A stretch of DNA of 64,000 nucleotides from an uncultured Bdellovibrionales bacterium (lineage in GTDB: Bacteria > Patescibacteriota > Minisyncoccia > Moranbacterales > UBA1568), in the NCBI GenBank assembly GCA_964395165.1, contig CAYMZY010000001.1:1695-65694 (forward strand), read 5' to 3'. The notes beneath the pieces were generated by a model. That model did no database searches, was not told where the DNA came from, and worked only from the letters and a program-made list of their open reading frames with translations. Each line of letters begins with the position of its first letter. The stretch's first letter is position 1. Both the position numbers and the translations under genes were made by a program. This document shows positions 20,178-28,514 of this stretch, piece by piece.

Positions 20178-21311
20178 ATGAAGGAGCTCACCATCATCAT
20201 TCCCTGTCTTAACGAAGCAGAGACAATCGGTCAGGTCGTTCGTGATGCGGTGCGCGGCCTGCGGAAAGCGTCTTGCGATGGGGAGGTTCTCGTTTCCGAT
20301 AATGGCTCGACGGACGCCTCGGTCGAATTGGCTCGCTCCCAAGGAGCTCGGGTCATACACTGTCCGAAGCGGGGATATGGCAGCGCTCTCCGGTATGGTA
20401 TCGAATCCGCCGAGAGCACCTATGTCCTCTTCGGTGATGCCGACGGATCGTATGATCTCGGCAGTATATCCGGTTTTGTCCGCGAATTGCGGAATGGCAA
20501 TGACTTGGTGATTGGAACGAGACTGCGGGGACGCATCGAGCCGGGAGCGATGCCCTTTCTTCATCGGTATCTCGGGACACCGGTTCTGACTCGACTTCTG
20601 AACTTCTTGTTCCGTATGGACATATCGGATTGCAATTCCGGCATGCGGGGATTGAATAAGGACGCCTTCGGGAGAATGGGATTAACCGCTTCCGGGATGG
20701 AATTCGCATCGGAAATGCTGATCAAAGCGGGTATTTTCAGATTGAAAGTGAAAGAAATCCCGATCACATTGTATCGGGATAAGCGTGACCGGGAGCCTCA
20801 TCTTCATACCTGGAGCGATGGGTGGCGTCACCTGCGGCTCCTCCTGATCTATGCCCCGAACCATCTCTTCGTCTATCCCGGATTCCTTCTGTTCCTGTTG
20901 GGAACGGGATTACTTTTCCTTCAAGCGAGAGGTCCGGTCACATTCGGGTCTCTGCATATGGATCTCCACTTCATGATACTCGGGATCAGCCTGAGCGTGC
21001 TCGGGATGTCCGTCTTCCAGATGGGAATGATTATCAAGCTTTTTTCCTATCAGAACGACTATTATGAGAATGATTGGATGGTTCGGAAGCTGAAACTCTT
21101 TCCTTTCAACAAGAAGGTGTTCATGGGTCTCGGGGTGACCAGCGTCGGGATCGGGATATTCTTGATAATCCTGTTCGATTGGATACGTCTTTCCTTGGCC
21201 AACCCCGAGATGATACGTTTTTCCCTTTTTGGCCTCTACTTCCTCTTTACTGGTATTTCTCTGATACTCTTCTTTTTTCTTGAGGCAGTGATGAACAAGA
21301 ATGAGGAGTAG
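20178..21311 (+). CDS. glycosyltransferase family 2, polyprenol-phosphate sugar synthase type (GtrB/DPM1/ArnC-like) with C-terminal TM helices
   Basis: LTIIIPCLNEAETIG, DADGSYD (DXD) motif, then 4 C-terminal TM segments. Confidence 0.75.
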   Translation: MKELTIIIPCLNEAETIGQVVRDAVRGLRKASCDGEVLVSDNGSTDASVELARSQGARVIHCPKRGYGSALRYGIESAESTYVLFGDADGSYDLGSISGFVRELRNGNDLVIGTRLRGRIEPGAMPFLHRYLGTPVLTRLLNFLFRMDISDCNSGMRGLNKDAFGRMGLTASGMEFASEMLIKAGIFRLKVKEIPITLYRDKRDREPHLHTWSDGWRHLRLLLIYAPNHLFVYPGFLLFLLGTGLLFLQARGPVTFGSLHMDLHFMILGISLSVLGMSVFQMGMIIKLFSYQNDYYENDWMVRKLKLFPFNKKVFMGLGVTSVGIGIFLIILFDWIRLSLANPEMIRFSLFGLYFLFTGISLILFFFLEAVMNKNEE

Positions 21312-21451
21312 CTTATGTTTCGGTTTTTTTGTCTGATATTCTTTCCTTGGAGGGGGAGCTTCGGGTTATTTCCGAGTCTTGCCAAAACAGAGAAAGAATG
21401 TTAGGTTGAAAATAATCAAGAGAACGCTAAACGATTAAGGAGAATATTCCT

Positions 21452-21658
21452 ATGGCCCTTCCGAAGCAGAGACATACCCATTATCGCCGCGATCGAGCCC
21501 GAAAAGAGCTCGAACTGACCCCGATTCAGACGAAGAAATGCGAGCAGTGCGGTGCGCCGGCCTTGTCTCATCGGGTCTGTCCGACTTGCGGTACGTATAA
21601 GGGTCGAACCGTGATCGATACGACTCCGAAGCGGAAAATCGCTCCGGCCAAGGCGTAA
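21452..21658 (+). CDS. rpmF: 50S ribosomal protein L32
   Basis: HYRRDRAR...C-x2-C...HRVC-x2-CG-Y zinc ribbon. AAGGAG RBS. Confidence 0.8.
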   Translation: MALPKQRHTHYRRDRARKELELTPIQTKKCEQCGAPALSHRVCPTCGTYKGRTVIDTTPKRKIAPAKA

Positions 21659-21701
21659 TCCTTCCTAACAGAGACGACCCGAGTCCTTCAAAATCAAAAT
21701 C

Positions 21702-22253
21702 ATGGCTAATAGACATCTCCAGCGTTCAGTCGCAATGCAATCCCTTTTTGAATGGGATTTCCAGGGTCAGCACGATGATCAGTCGATGGCGATCCTTAAT
21801 CGGAATATCGCCGAGTTTGCTCCCGGAATCGATGAGACGATTTTCGCGAAACATCTGATAGAAGGGATTCTCCGGGAACGGAAGATCATCGATGCGCTTA
21901 TTGAGAAGTGCGCACCGGAATGGCCGCTCGAACAAGTGACGGTCATTGATCGAAATATCCTTCGGCTCGGAATCTATGAATTGATGTTCGGGAATTACGA
22001 CGAAGTGCCGCCCAAGGTGGCTATCAATGAGTCTATCGAGCTCGCGAAGTCGTTTGGGAGCGATGCGAGTCCCCGTTTCGTGAACGGCGTTCTTGGGACT
22101 ATCTATCGCGAGATGGGTGAGCCGCTCAAGAACGATGTCTCCGAGAATCATGCTCATTTTAAGAAGCGGAAAGAGGAAAAGGCGGTGGGAGATGGCGCCC
22201 TGGCAGTATCGGCGGAGGATGTTTCAGTCGAAGAGAAAGAAGTGTTGGTCTGA
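21702..22253 (+). CDS. nusB: transcription antitermination factor NusB (with C-terminal extension)
   Basis: [26 protein letters not shown] motifs. Confidence 0.8.
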   Translation: MANRHLQRSVAMQSLFEWDFQGQHDDQSMAILNRNIAEFAPGIDETIFAKHLIEGILRERKIIDALIEKCAPEWPLEQVTVIDRNILRLGIYELMFGNYDEVPPKVAINESIELAKSFGSDASPRFVNGVLGTIYREMGEPLKNDVSENHAHFKKRKEEKAVGDGALAVSAEDVSVEEKEVLV

Positions 22254-22460
22254 AGCAGGGAGTCTCGGTTTGAGGGAGCGAGTTCTCATCAGAGAGCACT
22301 TTGACAAAGCACTTGTCATCGCGAGTCTTTCAGAGGTGGTGCATTCCATGGAACGGTCTCGTGTTTTGGTCAGGATGCGGAATCATTCCGTTTTATTCGC
22401 AATGCCGACTTTTTCGACTAGCCTTCTTGAAGTGAAGCTATTTCTTCCAAACTATCGTAA

Positions 22461-23168
22461 ATGTGTGATTTCCAGTTCTCTATGTTCGATGTAGCGGTTT
22501 TTGAACAGCGTTTCGGTATCAAAGTTAAGAACAAGGCTTTTTTTCAGGAAGCCCTGATTCATCGTTCCTATTTGAATGAGCATCGTGGGTGTGCTTCGCC
22601 GCACAATGAACGACTTGAATTTCTCGGGGACGCGGTACTTGAATTGGTCGTGACGGAAAACCTTTTTCACCACTATGATCGTCCGGAAGGTGAGATGACT
22701 GCCTGGCGAGCAGCGCTTGTCAATGGTGATATGCTGGCCAGGATCGGACAAGGTCTCGGAGTGGATGATTTTCTTCTGATGAGCCGGGGCGAAGCCAAGG
22801 ATACCGGACGGGCGCGGCAGTATATCGTCGCCAATGCCATGGAAGCGATCATTGGAGCGCTTTATCTCGATCAGGGATACGAGGCCGCGCAGGTATTCAT
22901 CACGACACATATTCTGTCGCATTTGCCGGAGGTGCTTGATCAGAAGCTCTACGCGGACGCGAAGAGTTTCTTCCAGGAGAAAGCCCAAGAGCATTTCGGA
23001 GTGACGCCGACGTATCGGGTCATCAAGGAATGGGGGCCAGATCATGACCGGCATTTCATCGCCGGAGTCTTTGTTGGGGAAGAACTGATCGCAGAGGGCG
23101 AGGGAGTCTCCAAACAGGAAGCTCAGCGTGCCGCCGCCAAGCAAGCATTGACAAATAAGGGTTGGTAG
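22461..23168 (+). CDS. rnc: ribonuclease III
   Basis: Catalytic signature ERLEFLGDAVLELVVTE. C-terminal dsRBD. Confidence 0.85.
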   Translation: MCDFQFSMFDVAVFEQRFGIKVKNKAFFQEALIHRSYLNEHRGCASPHNERLEFLGDAVLELVVTENLFHHYDRPEGEMTAWRAALVNGDMLARIGQGLGVDDFLLMSRGEAKDTGRARQYIVANAMEAIIGALYLDQGYEAAQVFITTHILSHLPEVLDQKLYADAKSFFQEKAQEHFGVTPTYRVIKEWGPDHDRHFIAGVFVGEELIAEGEGVSKQEAQRAAAKQALTNKGW

Positions 23169-23176
23169 TGTATAAT
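23148..23176 (+). promoter_or_regulatory. perfect consensus sigma70 promoter TTGACA-N17-TATAAT (overlaps the 3' end of rnc)
   Basis: Both hexamers are exact and the spacer is 17 nt. Predicted TSS about 23183. Confidence 0.5.
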
Positions 23177-23211
23177 AAAATTAAGTACCTAAAGTGGGTT
23201 TCTTTTTGACC

Positions 23212-23232
23212 GGCCTCTAAAGGCCTTTTTTT
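23212..23232 (+). terminator. weak hairpin ggcc-tctaaa-ggcc + T7 (rnc terminator or attenuator in the small-ORF leader)
   Basis: 4-bp GC stem plus a run of 7 T. Confidence 0.3.
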
Positions 23233-23243
23233 GTGGAGGTAAA

Positions 23244-23423
23244 ATGGAAACGGTATCGGGTTCAACGCTGATACAGTTGGTGGAAAATTTCTGTACGGTA
23301 GTGGTTTTGCTCGCGGCCATCGGTCTTGGGTGGTATTTCCTTCTTGGAATAGGGAGGGATGTCCGAAGGACATGGTCACGGCGTCGTGGGCGGCGCAGCG
23401 GCGTTTCGTCGCACGATTCCTGA
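23244..23423 (+). CDS. small membrane peptide, 59 aa (one TM helix, Arg-rich C-terminal tail)
   Basis: GGAGGT RBS. METVSGSTLIQLVENFCTVVVLLAAIGLGWYFLLGIGRDVRRTWSRRRGRRSGVSSHDS. Below the ORF-track size cutoff. Flanked by a consensus promoter and a strong terminator. Confidence 0.4.
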   Translation: METVSGSTLIQLVENFCTVVVLLAAIGLGWYFLLGIGRDVRRTWSRRRGRRSGVSSHDS

Positions 23424-23431
23424 GTAAGGAA

Positions 23432-23470
23432 AGGGATGGGTACCAACGGTATCCATCCCTATTTCTTTTC
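23432..23470 (+). terminator. intrinsic terminator (13-bp stem agggatgggtacc/ggtatccatccct + U-rich tail)
   Basis: Stem, 3-nt loop and the tail atttcttttcc are seen directly. Confidence 0.5.
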
Positions 23471-23637
23471 CCGGTCAGAATCGGATATACTGGGAAAGTA
23501 TCCGTTTCAAGTCGGCGGACATTCTTGTATTCGTCCGGTTGCGGGTCGTTCGTCGTATTGGAAGGAATTTTTTTTGGGTCTTTGCCACCATCCGGTGTTT
23601 CCGTCTATCAAGTCTGAAATCATGAGAGTGTAGCCCT

Positions 23638-25926
23638 ATGTATCTCAAGCGTCTCGAAATATCCGGTTTCAAGTCTTTTGCCAACAAGACGGTATTGGAT
23701 TTTTCGGCCGCTTCTACTGAAGCCGCTTCAGGACGGGGTATCACAGCTATCGTCGGTCCGAACGGTTCCGGGAAATCCAATATCGCGGATGCTATCCGTT
23801 TCGCGATCGGTGAACAGTCGTCCAAGAATCTCCGCGGGAAAAAATCTGAAGATGTCATTTTCGCCGGTACCGAAGGGAAGTCGCGGATGGGGAGTGCGGC
23901 CGTGACGCTGCATTTCGACAATACCGATCATCGGATACCGATCGAATTTTCGGAAGTCTCGATCACCCGTAAGATCCATCGGAGTGGTGAAGGAGAATAC
24001 CTGATTAACGGCAATAAGGTGCGCCTGCTCGACGTCGTCGATCTTTTGGCGAAGGCGGGTATCGGGAAGGAGAGCTATTGTGTCATCACTCAGGGTATGT
24101 CGGACGCAGTACTTCTGGCCTCACCTCTTGAACGGAGGGCGATTTTTGAGGATGCAGCCGGTGTGAAGCCGTATCAGATCGAGAAGGAGCGTGCAATACG
24201 GAAGCTTGAGAGTACGCGGGAGAATCTGGTCCGGGTGGACGCGCTTCTGGTCGAGATCGAACCGCATCTTCGCAATCTCAAGCGTCAGGCCGAGAAGGCG
24301 TCACAGGGAAAGGATGTCGCTGTTCGATTGAAGGAGAGGCAGTCTCTTTTGTATGGTTTTTTGTGGCATCAGTTCCAAGCGGAACGGGGGACACTGGTTC
24401 GTGATCGGGAGGCTGCGGAACAGGTCATCGGAGAACTCGAGGGGCGTTCGATTCGGCTGCGTGAAGAGGTGTCCGCAGTGAGTATCGCACTTGAAGACCA
24501 GAAAGAGGAGTTGGCGTGGCAGAACGAGGTCCGTGATCTGCATGCGGAAATCAACGCCTTGGCGCGCATCCGGAGTGTCGTTGAGGGGAAGAAAGAGGTG
24601 GAGATGGAGCGTCGGAAGGAGAAAGAAGTGGTGAAGACGATACCGGTTGATTTGGCTTTTGTGAAACGTTCGGTCGAGAAGATTGGCACGGATCAGGAAC
24701 AGCTCATCGAGCGGATCCGGTCGGTCGAGCAACTGGAAGATCTGCAGGATATCCGTGAATTCGCCCAGGTGATCAAACAGGAGCTTTTCGAGTTATCCGA
24801 AAAAGCGGGAGTCGGAAGTATCCGCGAGACGCGAATCATCGGCTTGAATTCGGAAGAGAAGGCCGAAAGTGATCTGAGGCTGCAGGCGCTCGAGAGTGAG
24901 TTGTCGGACGCGAAAGAACGGATTCTTCAAGGGGAAGCACACATCAAGGAAAAAGAGGAGATGATCGCTTCCCGTCGTGAAGCGAATCGTGTGCAACGGG
25001 AGATGTTTTTTACGAAAGAGAAGGAGTCGCGTGAATGTGAGCGGGCTCTGCAGCAGTTGAAGGACAATTTCAATGAATTGAAGGTCCGTTTGGCCCGAGT
25101 GGAAGTTCGCGAGGAGGACCTCATTTCGCTTATCCGAGAGGAGCTGTCCATGCGACCGGAAGACGTGACGTATGATGGGACGACCGGAATCGATCGGGAG
25201 CGGATCGAGCGCGAAATAAGTCGGCTCAAGGTGGAGGTGGAACATATCGGGACCATCGATCCGCTTATCGTCGATGAATATGAGGAGACGGCAAAGCGTT
25301 TCGAATTCCTGACGCACGAATCGGCTGATTTGAAACAGGCGCTTGAATCGCTCCGATCCGTAGTGAGAGAGATGGATGTCAAGATCGATCAGGCGTTCGA
25401 AACGACGTTTGATGAAATCAAGAAACGTTTCGTGCAGTATTTCACTTTGATCTTTGGCGGAGGGAAGGCGGAAATCACTCAGGTACGTCTGGCTCTCAGG
25501 CGTCGCGGAGAAACGGAAGAGTCGGATGACGCGAGCGAAGGCGAGGAGAATCAGGATGGGGTAGGAATCGAGATTTTCGCGTGCCCTCCGGGAAAGAAGA
25601 TCACGAACCTTTCCATGCTTTCGGGCGGCGAGCGTTCCCTGACGTCCCTCGCGCTTCTCTTCGCTATCATTTCGCATAATCCTCCGCCTTTCGCGGTGCT
25701 CGATGAAGTAGAGGCAGCGTTGGATGAGGCGAATTCTCGTCGATTCAGCACGATGCTTGAAGAATTATCCGGCCACACGCAGTTCATCGCGATCACCCAC
25801 AATCGCGAGACTATGGCGCGGGCCGGTCTCCTCTATGGCGTGACGATGCAGCGCGATGGTATCTCACAGTTGCTTTCGGTGCGCCTGGATCAAGTCGAAA
25901 AGGGTGGGAAATCGGTTTCGGGTTGA
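23638..25926 (+). CDS. smc: SMC-family chromosome segregation ATPase, short form (762 aa, no recognisable hinge)
   Basis: N-terminus MYLKRLEISGFKSFANKT...GPNGSGKSNIADAIRFAIGEQS. C-terminus LSGGERSLTSLALLFAI...AVLDEVEAALDEAN and ITHNRETMARAGLLYGVTMQ. The middle is coiled-coil only. Confidence 0.8.
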   Translation: MYLKRLEISGFKSFANKTVLDFSAASTEAASGRGITAIVGPNGSGKSNIADAIRFAIGEQSSKNLRGKKSEDVIFAGTEGKSRMGSAAVTLHFDNTDHRIPIEFSEVSITRKIHRSGEGEYLINGNKVRLLDVVDLLAKAGIGKESYCVITQGMSDAVLLASPLERRAIFEDAAGVKPYQIEKERAIRKLESTRENLVRVDALLVEIEPHLRNLKRQAEKASQGKDVAVRLKERQSLLYGFLWHQFQAERGTLVRDREAAEQVIGELEGRSIRLREEVSAVSIALEDQKEELAWQNEVRDLHAEINALARIRSVVEGKKEVEMERRKEKEVVKTIPVDLAFVKRSVEKIGTDQEQLIERIRSVEQLEDLQDIREFAQVIKQELFELSEKAGVGSIRETRIIGLNSEEKAESDLRLQALESELSDAKERILQGEAHIKEKEEMIASRREANRVQREMFFTKEKESRECERALQQLKDNFNELKVRLARVEVREEDLISLIREELSMRPEDVTYDGTTGIDRERIEREISRLKVEVEHIGTIDPLIVDEYEETAKRFEFLTHESADLKQALESLRSVVREMDVKIDQAFETTFDEIKKRFVQYFTLIFGGGKAEITQVRLALRRRGETEESDDASEGEENQDGVGIEIFACPPGKKITNLSMLSGGERSLTSLALLFAIISHNPPPFAVLDEVEAALDEANSRRFSTMLEELSGHTQFIAITHNRETMARAGLLYGVTMQRDGISQLLSVRLDQVEKGGKSVSG

Positions 25927-25994
25927 CAGCTCCTTTTAATTGCGCTACAGTAAAGGCTGTATTTTGGGATAAGTCATGTTTTGTATTTGATGAT

Positions 25995-26348
25995 ATGTTG
26001 ACCATTCGTTTCAATCGGGTAGGAAAGAAGAATCAGGCGAGTTTCCGCATCGCTTTGCAGGAGAAGACCAAGGCTCCTGGTAAGCGGCACATCGAGATGC
26101 TTGGGAGCTATGATCCGCATCAGAAGGGATCTGTTTTGAAGAAGGACCGGATTCTCCACTGGATGAGTCTCGGCGCGGAGCTTTCGGATTCGGTGTACAA
26201 CTTATTGGTTCGTGAAGGAGTGGTGGTTGCCGATAAGAAACGCTCCATCAAAATGAAGCGTCCTGAGGTGAAGGTAGCGGCAGAAGAGGCTGTTTCGGGT
26301 GGAGAAGCCCCGGCTGTAGCCGGATCGGAAGAATCGGCGAGTGCCTAA
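25995..26348 (+). CDS. rpsP: 30S ribosomal protein S16 with a roughly 35-aa C-terminal extension
   Basis: MLTIRFNRVGKKNQASFRIAL... Confidence 0.85.
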   Translation: MLTIRFNRVGKKNQASFRIALQEKTKAPGKRHIEMLGSYDPHQKGSVLKKDRILHWMSLGAELSDSVYNLLVREGVVVADKKRSIKMKRPEVKVAAEEAVSGGEAPAVAGSEESASA

Positions 26349-26365
26349 TTCCGAGAGGAGAGGGC

Positions 26366-26394
26366 TTGACGATAGCGGTTTTTGTGAGTAATCT
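26366..26394 (+). promoter_or_regulatory. putative rplJ promoter TTGACG-N17-TAATCT
   Basis: Hexamers are seen. Followed by a roughly 200-nt untranslated leader, the expected site of an L10(L12)4 autoregulatory leader. Confidence 0.4.
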
Positions 26395-26591
26395 GGTGGA
26401 GTACAATCGAAGAAGCCATCCGTAGACCTGGGGCTCGGTTTCACCTCTTCTGTTCAAAAAGGGGAATGAATCCGATAAGTCCTCAAGAGGAAGTGCGAAA
26501 CCGAAAGGGAGAGAAAGTCTCTTCGTTCGGCGGAAGCGTCTGCGGTGTTCCCGCAGATTATTTTTTTATCGGTAGCTCATATATCAAGCTT

Positions 26592-27116
26592 ATGCAGACA
26601 CGACAGAAGAAAGAAGCCGTAGTCGCCTTGTTGGTGAAGAAGATCCAGGCCTCCAAAGCGGTGGTATACGCTCAGTATCAGGGAGTGACCGTGAAAAGCC
26701 TGACGAGTATGCGCAAGGAGCTCGCCAAAAGCGGATCCTCTTGGCAGGTGATGAAGAAGACGCTGTTGGGTATCGCTCTCAAGGAAGCGGGAGTCGAGGG
26801 AAACGTCCGGGAGTTGCCTGGACAGGTAGGGGTCGCTTTCTCGTCTGATGAGGTTGCTGCTGCCAAAGTGTTGGCTGAATTCATCAAGACCAACAAAGGG
26901 ACGAAGTTTTCTATCGAGGGTGGCGCTCTCGGTGCGAAGCATCTTTCTTCCGACGAGGCGAAGGCTTTGGCCAAGCTGCCATCTCGGGATGAGCTTCGCG
27001 GCATGCTGGTCGGGACTTTACAGGCTCCAATCACCGGATTTGTCCGAACTTTGTCGGGAAATTTGAGCGGTTTGGTCCGGGTGCTCAAGGCGGTAGAGGA
27101 GAAAAAAGCTGTATAA
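26592..27116 (+). CDS. rplJ: 50S ribosomal protein L10
   Basis: MQTRQKKEAVVALLVKKIQASKAVVYAQYQGVTVKSLTSMR... Confidence 0.85.
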   Translation: MQTRQKKEAVVALLVKKIQASKAVVYAQYQGVTVKSLTSMRKELAKSGSSWQVMKKTLLGIALKEAGVEGNVRELPGQVGVAFSSDEVAAAKVLAEFIKTNKGTKFSIEGGALGAKHLSSDEAKALAKLPSRDELRGMLVGTLQAPITGFVRTLSGNLSGLVRVLKAVEEKKAV

Positions 27117-27133
27117 GGCCAAAGGAGGCGTTT

Positions 27134-27184
27134 CAGCGGAGTGAAGAGAAGGATTTGGAGGGGAAAGGGCTCTTCATTCCGCTG
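27134..27184 (+). other. 15-bp stem-loop in the rplJ-rplL intergenic region (no U-tract)
   Basis: cagcggagtgaagag...ctcttcattccgctg with one G-U pair and a 21-nt loop. Confidence 0.4.
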
Positions 27185-27250
27185 AAAAAGCAAGGGGGCG
27201 GGGAGTCGTACACAGTGGTATCATTTTAATTCATCCATAAGGATAAACGT

Positions 27251-27658
27251 ATGTCCGAAGAGAAGAAGGAAGAAGTAGTGGTTCCAGCCAAATTCGAAAA
27301 ATTGGTCGCGGAAATCGAGAAGATGAGTGTGCTTGATCTTTCGGAATTGGTGAAAGTTCTGGAAGAGAAATTCGGTGTTTCAGCCGCTGCCCCGATGATG
27401 ATGGGTGCTTTGCCGGCCGCCGGTGCGGTTGAGGCTGTTGAAGAGAAGACGGAATTCGATGTCGAATTGACCTCTGCCGGTGCGCAGAAGATCAATGTCA
27501 TCAAGGTGGTGCGCGAAGTGACGAGCCTCGGCCTTAAGGAAGCCAAAGACCTCGTCGACGCTGCTCCGAAAGTGATCAAGGAAAAGATCGCGAAGGCTGA
27601 TGCTGAGGCTATCCTGAAGAAGCTTGAGGAAGCCGGTGCGACCGCCGTCATCAAGTAG
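27251..27658 (+). CDS. rplL: 50S ribosomal protein L7/L12
   Basis: Dimerisation N-domain, Ala-rich hinge, C-terminal [17 protein letters not shown]. Confidence 0.9.
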   Translation: MSEEKKEEVVVPAKFEKLVAEIEKMSVLDLSELVKVLEEKFGVSAAAPMMMGALPAAGAVEAVEEKTEFDVELTSAGAQKINVIKVVREVTSLGLKEAKDLVDAAPKVIKEKIAKADAEAILKKLEEAGATAVIK

Positions 27659-27684
27659 TTTTCGTTCCGAATGCGAAACAGAGT

Positions 27685-27716
27685 GCTCCGAGACAGGTGT
27701 CTCGGAGCATTTTTTA
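27685..27716 (+). terminator. intrinsic terminator (10-bp stem gctccgagac/gtctcggagc + T6)
   Basis: Seen directly after the rplL stop. Confidence 0.6.
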
Positions 27717-27779
27717 TCGCCGAAACAGGTGAAATGATATATCATAGTGAGGGAAGTCGGTGAAGTTCCGGTTTCTTGA

Positions 27780-28514
27780 TTGTGGAATATGTCTATGCTC
27801 ATCGAAGCGAAACAATTGGCGAAGATCTATAGCAACGAAGGTATTGAAACACCGGCGCTTCTTCAGGCGACTTTCCAGATTGATCAAGGGGAATTCGTTT
27901 CGATTATGGGACCGAGTGGCTCGGGAAAATCGACGCTCATGCACATACTCGGATTGCTCGATCGTTCGACGGGCGGAGAGTACCGGCTTGAAGGGAAGGA
28001 TGTCGTATCCCTTTCGGATGATGAGCTGGCACGGCTTCGGAACGAAGAGATCGGGTTTGTTTTCCAGGCTTTCAATCTTCTGCCGAGGACGAGCGTGTTC
28101 GAGAATGTCGAGCTTCCGCTTCTGTATGATCGGAATGGAACGGAGAATACGAAGGAGCGGGTCACGGCAGCGCTTCGGGCGGTCAACATGGAACATCGGT
28201 CTTCTTTCTTTTCGAGCCAGCTTTCTGGAGGGGAAAAGCAGCGAGTCGCTATCGCGCGGGCGCTCGTCAACAATCCGAAGATTATCTTCGCCGATGAGCC
28301 GACCGGCAATCTCGATTCGAAGTCGGGATTGCAAGTCATGCGCATTTTCCAGAAGTTGAGTGAGGAAGGGAAAACGATCATTCTGGTGACGCACGAGACT
28401 TTCACGGCCGAACATGCCAAGCGTATTTTACGCATGGTAGATGGGCGTATCGTTTCCGATGAATCGGTGGCGAATCGCCGTTTCGCCGATCAGGAGAACA
28501 CACTGTTGAAATGA
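27780..28514 (+). CDS. ABC transporter ATP-binding protein, MacB/LolD-type
   Basis: GPSGSGKSTLMH, LSGGEKQRVAIARAL, IFADEPTGNLD. Confidence 0.85.
   Translation: MWNMSMLIEAKQLAKIYSNEGIETPALLQATFQIDQGEFVSIMGPSGSGKSTLMHILGLLDRSTGGEYRLEGKDVVSLSDDELARLRNEEIGFVFQAFNLLPRTSVFENVELPLLYDRNGTENTKERVTAALRAVNMEHRSSFFSSQLSGGEKQRVAIARALVNNPKIIFADEPTGNLDSKSGLQVMRIFQKLSEEGKTIILVTHETFTAEHAKRILRMVDGRIVSDESVANRRFADQENTLLK

Noticed and set aside
19791-20564. 257-aa - strand ORF antisense to the methyltransferase/GT2 genes
   Set aside because: It has no motifs and overlaps two well-supported genes.
22254-22460. Possible structured rnc leader (small hairpins tgacaa-agcac-ttgtca and cggaat-c-attccg + T-run) between nusB and rnc
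   Set aside because: The stems are only 5-6 bp, which is within chance expectation. It cannot be supported as a regulatory element without covariation data.
24793-25677. 294-aa - strand ORF antisense to smc
   Set aside because: It is a shadow ORF.
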